36,839 nucleotides of DNA, from the NCBI GenBank assembly GCA_964016885.1, contig CAXHJY010000674.1, forward strand, positions 1-36,839. Direction: 5' to 3'. The position numbers and the translations under genes were made by a program. The notes below the pieces were generated by a model. That model made no database searches, was not told where the DNA came from, and saw only the letters and a program-made list of their open reading frames with translations. Every line of letters begins with the position of its first letter. Position 1 is the stretch's first letter. Positions 33,067 to 36,839 of this stretch are shown here, one piece after another. Source of the stretch: Eledone cirrhosa (taxonomy: Eukaryota).

Positions 33067-33130
33067 ATTTTGTCTGAGGAAGGCATACCATATTTTTAAT
33101 ATGATATCCCAGAAATATATATAACGAAAT
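33067..33130 (+). ncRNA. Type I hammerhead-like motif
   Basis: AUUUUGU-CUGAGGA-[..CAUAUU(uuu)AAUAUG..]-GAAA-UAUAUA-UA-ACGAAAU; the base of stem II is mismatched. Confidence 0.65.
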
Positions 33131-33315
33131 AAATATGGTTTTATAAATATAGTTTCCATTTGTTTAATATGGTAAACCTACTCCTAAAACTGTTGAGTTC
33201 TTTTATATCAGTTATAAAATATTTACTCGTTGTAACCCAACAATTTTAAATAAAACTTTTGCATATATATATATTTATATATTTTTATATATATATATTT
33301 ATATATTTATATATT

Positions 33316-33348
<33 letters not shown>

Positions 33349-33424
33349 ATATTTATATATATATACATATTTATATATGTATATATCTATATATATATAT
33401 ATATTCATATATATATACATATTT

Positions 33425-33530
<106 letters not shown>

Positions 33531-33543
33531 GTATATATATATG

Positions 33544-33592
<49 letters not shown>

Positions 33593-33598
33593 GTATAT

Positions 33599-36500
33599 AC
33601 TCTTTTACTCTTTTACCTGTTTCAGCCATCCGGCTGAGGCCATGCTGGGCGCCGCCCTTGTTGCTACACATTTTATCTCAGCTTGTATAGGTTGGCCCTG
33701 GTGTAAGAGGGAGTTTGTTGCTGCTGCCCTTAGGTTTCCCTCGTGTCTTGCTGTGGGCTCATCTGGGATCCTGGATAACAAGGTGTCGAGATGTTTCTTG
33801 AAGACATCCACCTCCACGTCATGCAAGTCTCTCAGATCCTTCGGCAGCCTGTTGAAGAGTTGAGGGCCCTTGAATCCCAGGCTATTGCAATACCTGCTCC
33901 TTATTCTAGATATGGATGACGGGACCTTTGGCACCACACAGTGACGTCCTGTTCGACGGTTGGTCCAGCTCCCAATGCCAAAGTTTGGTGCTAGTCCCTC
34001 CAGGATTTTCCACATGTAGATCACTGCGTATCTCTCCCGTCTTCACTCCAAGGAGTAGAGGTTCAGTTCCTTTAGCCTCTCCCAGTAGCTTGTCTCCCTC
34101 ATCTTGGCAATCCTCGTGGTGTAGCTTCGCTGGATTGCCTCAAGCTCCGTGGTTAGTTTGACACTATGGGTGACCACAACTGGGAGCAGTAGTCCAGGGG
34201 CTTAGGACAAATGTCCTCCATAGTGTCAACATGGTGTCTCCATCTCTTGTCCAGAAAGTCCTCAAGATCCAGCCAGTGAGTCGTCTGCACATTGCCGCCA
34301 CTTTCATGATGTGTGAAGAAAAAGATGCATCATCGCTCATATCTATGCCCAGGTCTCGTATCGATTTTGACACGGGGATATCAGTCCCTCCTGGTCCTGT
34401 GTAGTTGTGTTCCACTATATTTGTGTTTGCAGATTTGTTTGGAGGTTTGTATTGTAGGGCTTGGAATTTTCCAGCATTAAACTGTATGTTGTTTTCTTCC
34501 GCCCATTTGTATATGGCATCCAGATCCTGCTGTAAAAGGGCAGCGTCAGCCGGGTTTTTGATTTCCTGTGCTACCTTAGTGTCATCAGCATAGCTAGTGA
34601 GGGATGTTGTTGTATGTACTACAGAGGGCATGTCTGAGAGAGCCACCAAAAACAGTAGTGGTCCCAGGACTGTCCCCTGGGGCACCCCACTTGTTATTGG
34701 TGTTTCCTTTGAGAGGGGCCCATTTGCTGCGACTGCCTGGCTTCTGTCCCTTAGGAAGCCATGCAGCCACTCACTTACTTTTCCAGTTATGCCGAGTCCG
34801 TGTAGTTTGTGACATATCATTCCGTGGTCGACCTTGTCAAAGGCCTTCGCAAAGTCAAGATATATTACGTCCACATGTGAGCTGTCTAGTAGTTGTCTCA
34901 GTACCCAGTCGTAGTGATGTAGTAGCTGTGTAAGGCAGCTTCTTCCTGGGCGGAAGCCATGTTGCGTGCTAGTCAGGCGGTCATTTTCCTCGAGGAAAGT
35001 GATCAGTTTCTTTCTGACGACTCGCTACATGACCTTACTGAAATGCGACGTCAGGGAGACTGGCCTATAGTTTTTGGCCTCCGCTCTGCTACCTCCTTTA
35101 TGGATAGGGCATATTGTGCCTTCTTTCAGCTCCCTGGGTAGTACACCGCTAGCCAAGGAGCTTCTGAAGAGCATCTTCAGTGGAGTTGCTAAGGCCCGCT
35201 TACATATTTTTAAGAGAACTGCTGGGAATCCATCAGGTCCAGCAGCCGAGTCTGTTCTAATTTCATCAATGGCGTACACCATATCCTCCTCCGTTATGTC
35301 TATGTGATTGATGGTTGCCATTTCTTCATGTAGTGTTGTGGCATCAAAGAACTCCTCTGGCTTCGATATTTGCATGTGCCTCAGTGGACATGTGAAAACA
35401 CTTTTCTACTGTTCGTTCAGTATTTCACATATCTCTTGGGGGTTTTCGGTTAATGAACCGTCCGTATGGAAGAGTGGCCCAATCTTGCAGTGTACTGAGG
35501 CAGTCTCCTTTGCAAATCCAAAGAAGGCCTTAGGGTTTGTTTTAATATTTTATATGGCTCTTTCTTTGCCCTCTCATTCTCATGGGAAAGTTTGAGTGCA
35601 ATCTCGGTGTCAAGTAGTGCAAGTTTCAAATAGGATTCCTTCTTGTTTTTGTTTTGTTGACTATTCAACTGGTTTGAGAGTTTAGTTCTACGTCTCATAA
35701 GGATTTTCCTATCTCTGGGAATAAGATTTTTGTGTCTGTTTGCCTCTTTCTCCGGGACAAACTTTTTGCATATAGTGTGTATCGTTGTCATGAAGTGTTG
35801 AAATTGTGTGTTAGTGTCTTGTGTGGCGGTGTTTTCACTCCATGTTTGCTTCCGGATTTCTCTCTTAATCTTTTTCCAGTTAGCCTTGTAGAAGTTAAGG
35901 CTGGATAGCGTCCCGGAGCTTCTTGGTGGTTTTGTCTCTGTTGGTTCTCTTGGACCACATATCATTAGCTCTACTAAGTTATGATCCGAGAGAATTGTTG
36001 GTGTCAGCTTTACATTGTGGATGAGCACTTCGTTGTTTGTAAAACAGAGGTCCAAGACATTTTCGCCTCTTGTTGGGAGGAGTATTGCTTGCTCCATGAA
36101 CAGCATGTGTGAGGGCCAGCAGGGATTCCGTCTGTCTCTGTTCTATTGACGTCAATCCAGGGGGAGGTGGCCCTCAGGCCATTTGACCTTTGGTAGGTTG
36201 AAGTCTCCCAGCAGTAGGATGTTGAGACCCTGGTCCTGTTTGTCAAGGACCTCTTCTATCCTACTTAGGCTATCTTCAAATTTACCCTCATGACTGGGGG
36301 CATCGGGCGGCCGATATGTGACACATATTACTGTCTGTAGTTGCTTCATATGTATTATCAGTATGTCACAGACTGAGTTTGAAAGTGTCAACAGTACAAT
36401 TGGTGTGACATCTTCACGGATATACAGAGCAACCTAACCATGAGTTCTCTCCTTCCTGTCCGAACGGAATACAGTATATTTCGGTATATGTATTTCTGAA

Positions 36501-36839
36501 TCTGCTATACTGCTTGTCAGATGCGTTTCGGTTAGTGCCATGCATAGTGCTTGATTGCTTATGGCTAAGTCTCCCAGGTAGGAAATTTTACTCATGTTAC
36601 TGAGTTTCACCTCTGATATTCAGCAGCAGCACTGGTGTGACTTTTGGGGTGCCAGTAATGGCTGTCGGTATGACACTTGGTCTGGTGTCAGCGGCGGCCA
36701 CTCTGGGTCCCTTAACTGTGGTGGTCTCGAGTGCTGGTGTGGATGACCCTGGCTCTGGAGACGATGCAGCCAGGTCAGCTGTCCCACAATCTTCTCTGCC
36801 ATCACTAAAAAATGTTTCTGCTCTGCTGCTGCCATCTGT
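33599..36839 (-). mobile_element. Degraded CR1-like LINE: ORF1 end, APE endonuclease, RT, (GTAAAAGA)2 tail; runs off the window
   Basis: [71 protein letters not shown]; multiple frameshifts. Confidence 0.93.

Overview
Eukaryotic, gene-free, extremely (TA)n-rich region; the composition suggests an invertebrate, possibly a cephalopod, but that is inference only. Roughly half the window is interrupted (TA)n/(TG)n microsatellite, which produces the many spurious Tyr-Ile ORFs. Almost every non-microsatellite island is a mobile-element piece flanked by (TA)n. These are: two CR1-like LINE families, three copies of one RTE LINE (two with 5' inversions), an RTE-type 5'UTR, three Penelope-like (GIY-YIG) fragments and a non-autonomous Helitron. 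The main hidden layer is RNA structure: more than a dozen type I hammerhead ribozyme (HHR) motifs, intact or degenerate, from many sequence families. Several are unusual, with very long stem II, CCGAUGA cores, or an extra base after A9. The most striking feature is two divergent but homologous non-coding elements (12444-13134 and 30436-31122). Each is a ~1.5-mer tandem of a 466/468-nt highly self-complementary unit with a minus-strand HHR, covarying stems, a conserved octamer hairpin and homologous termini. They look like a retrozyme-like (circular-RNA-derived) family, and one copy is fused directly to a Penelope-like fragment. All structures were folded by eye and none has been tested.
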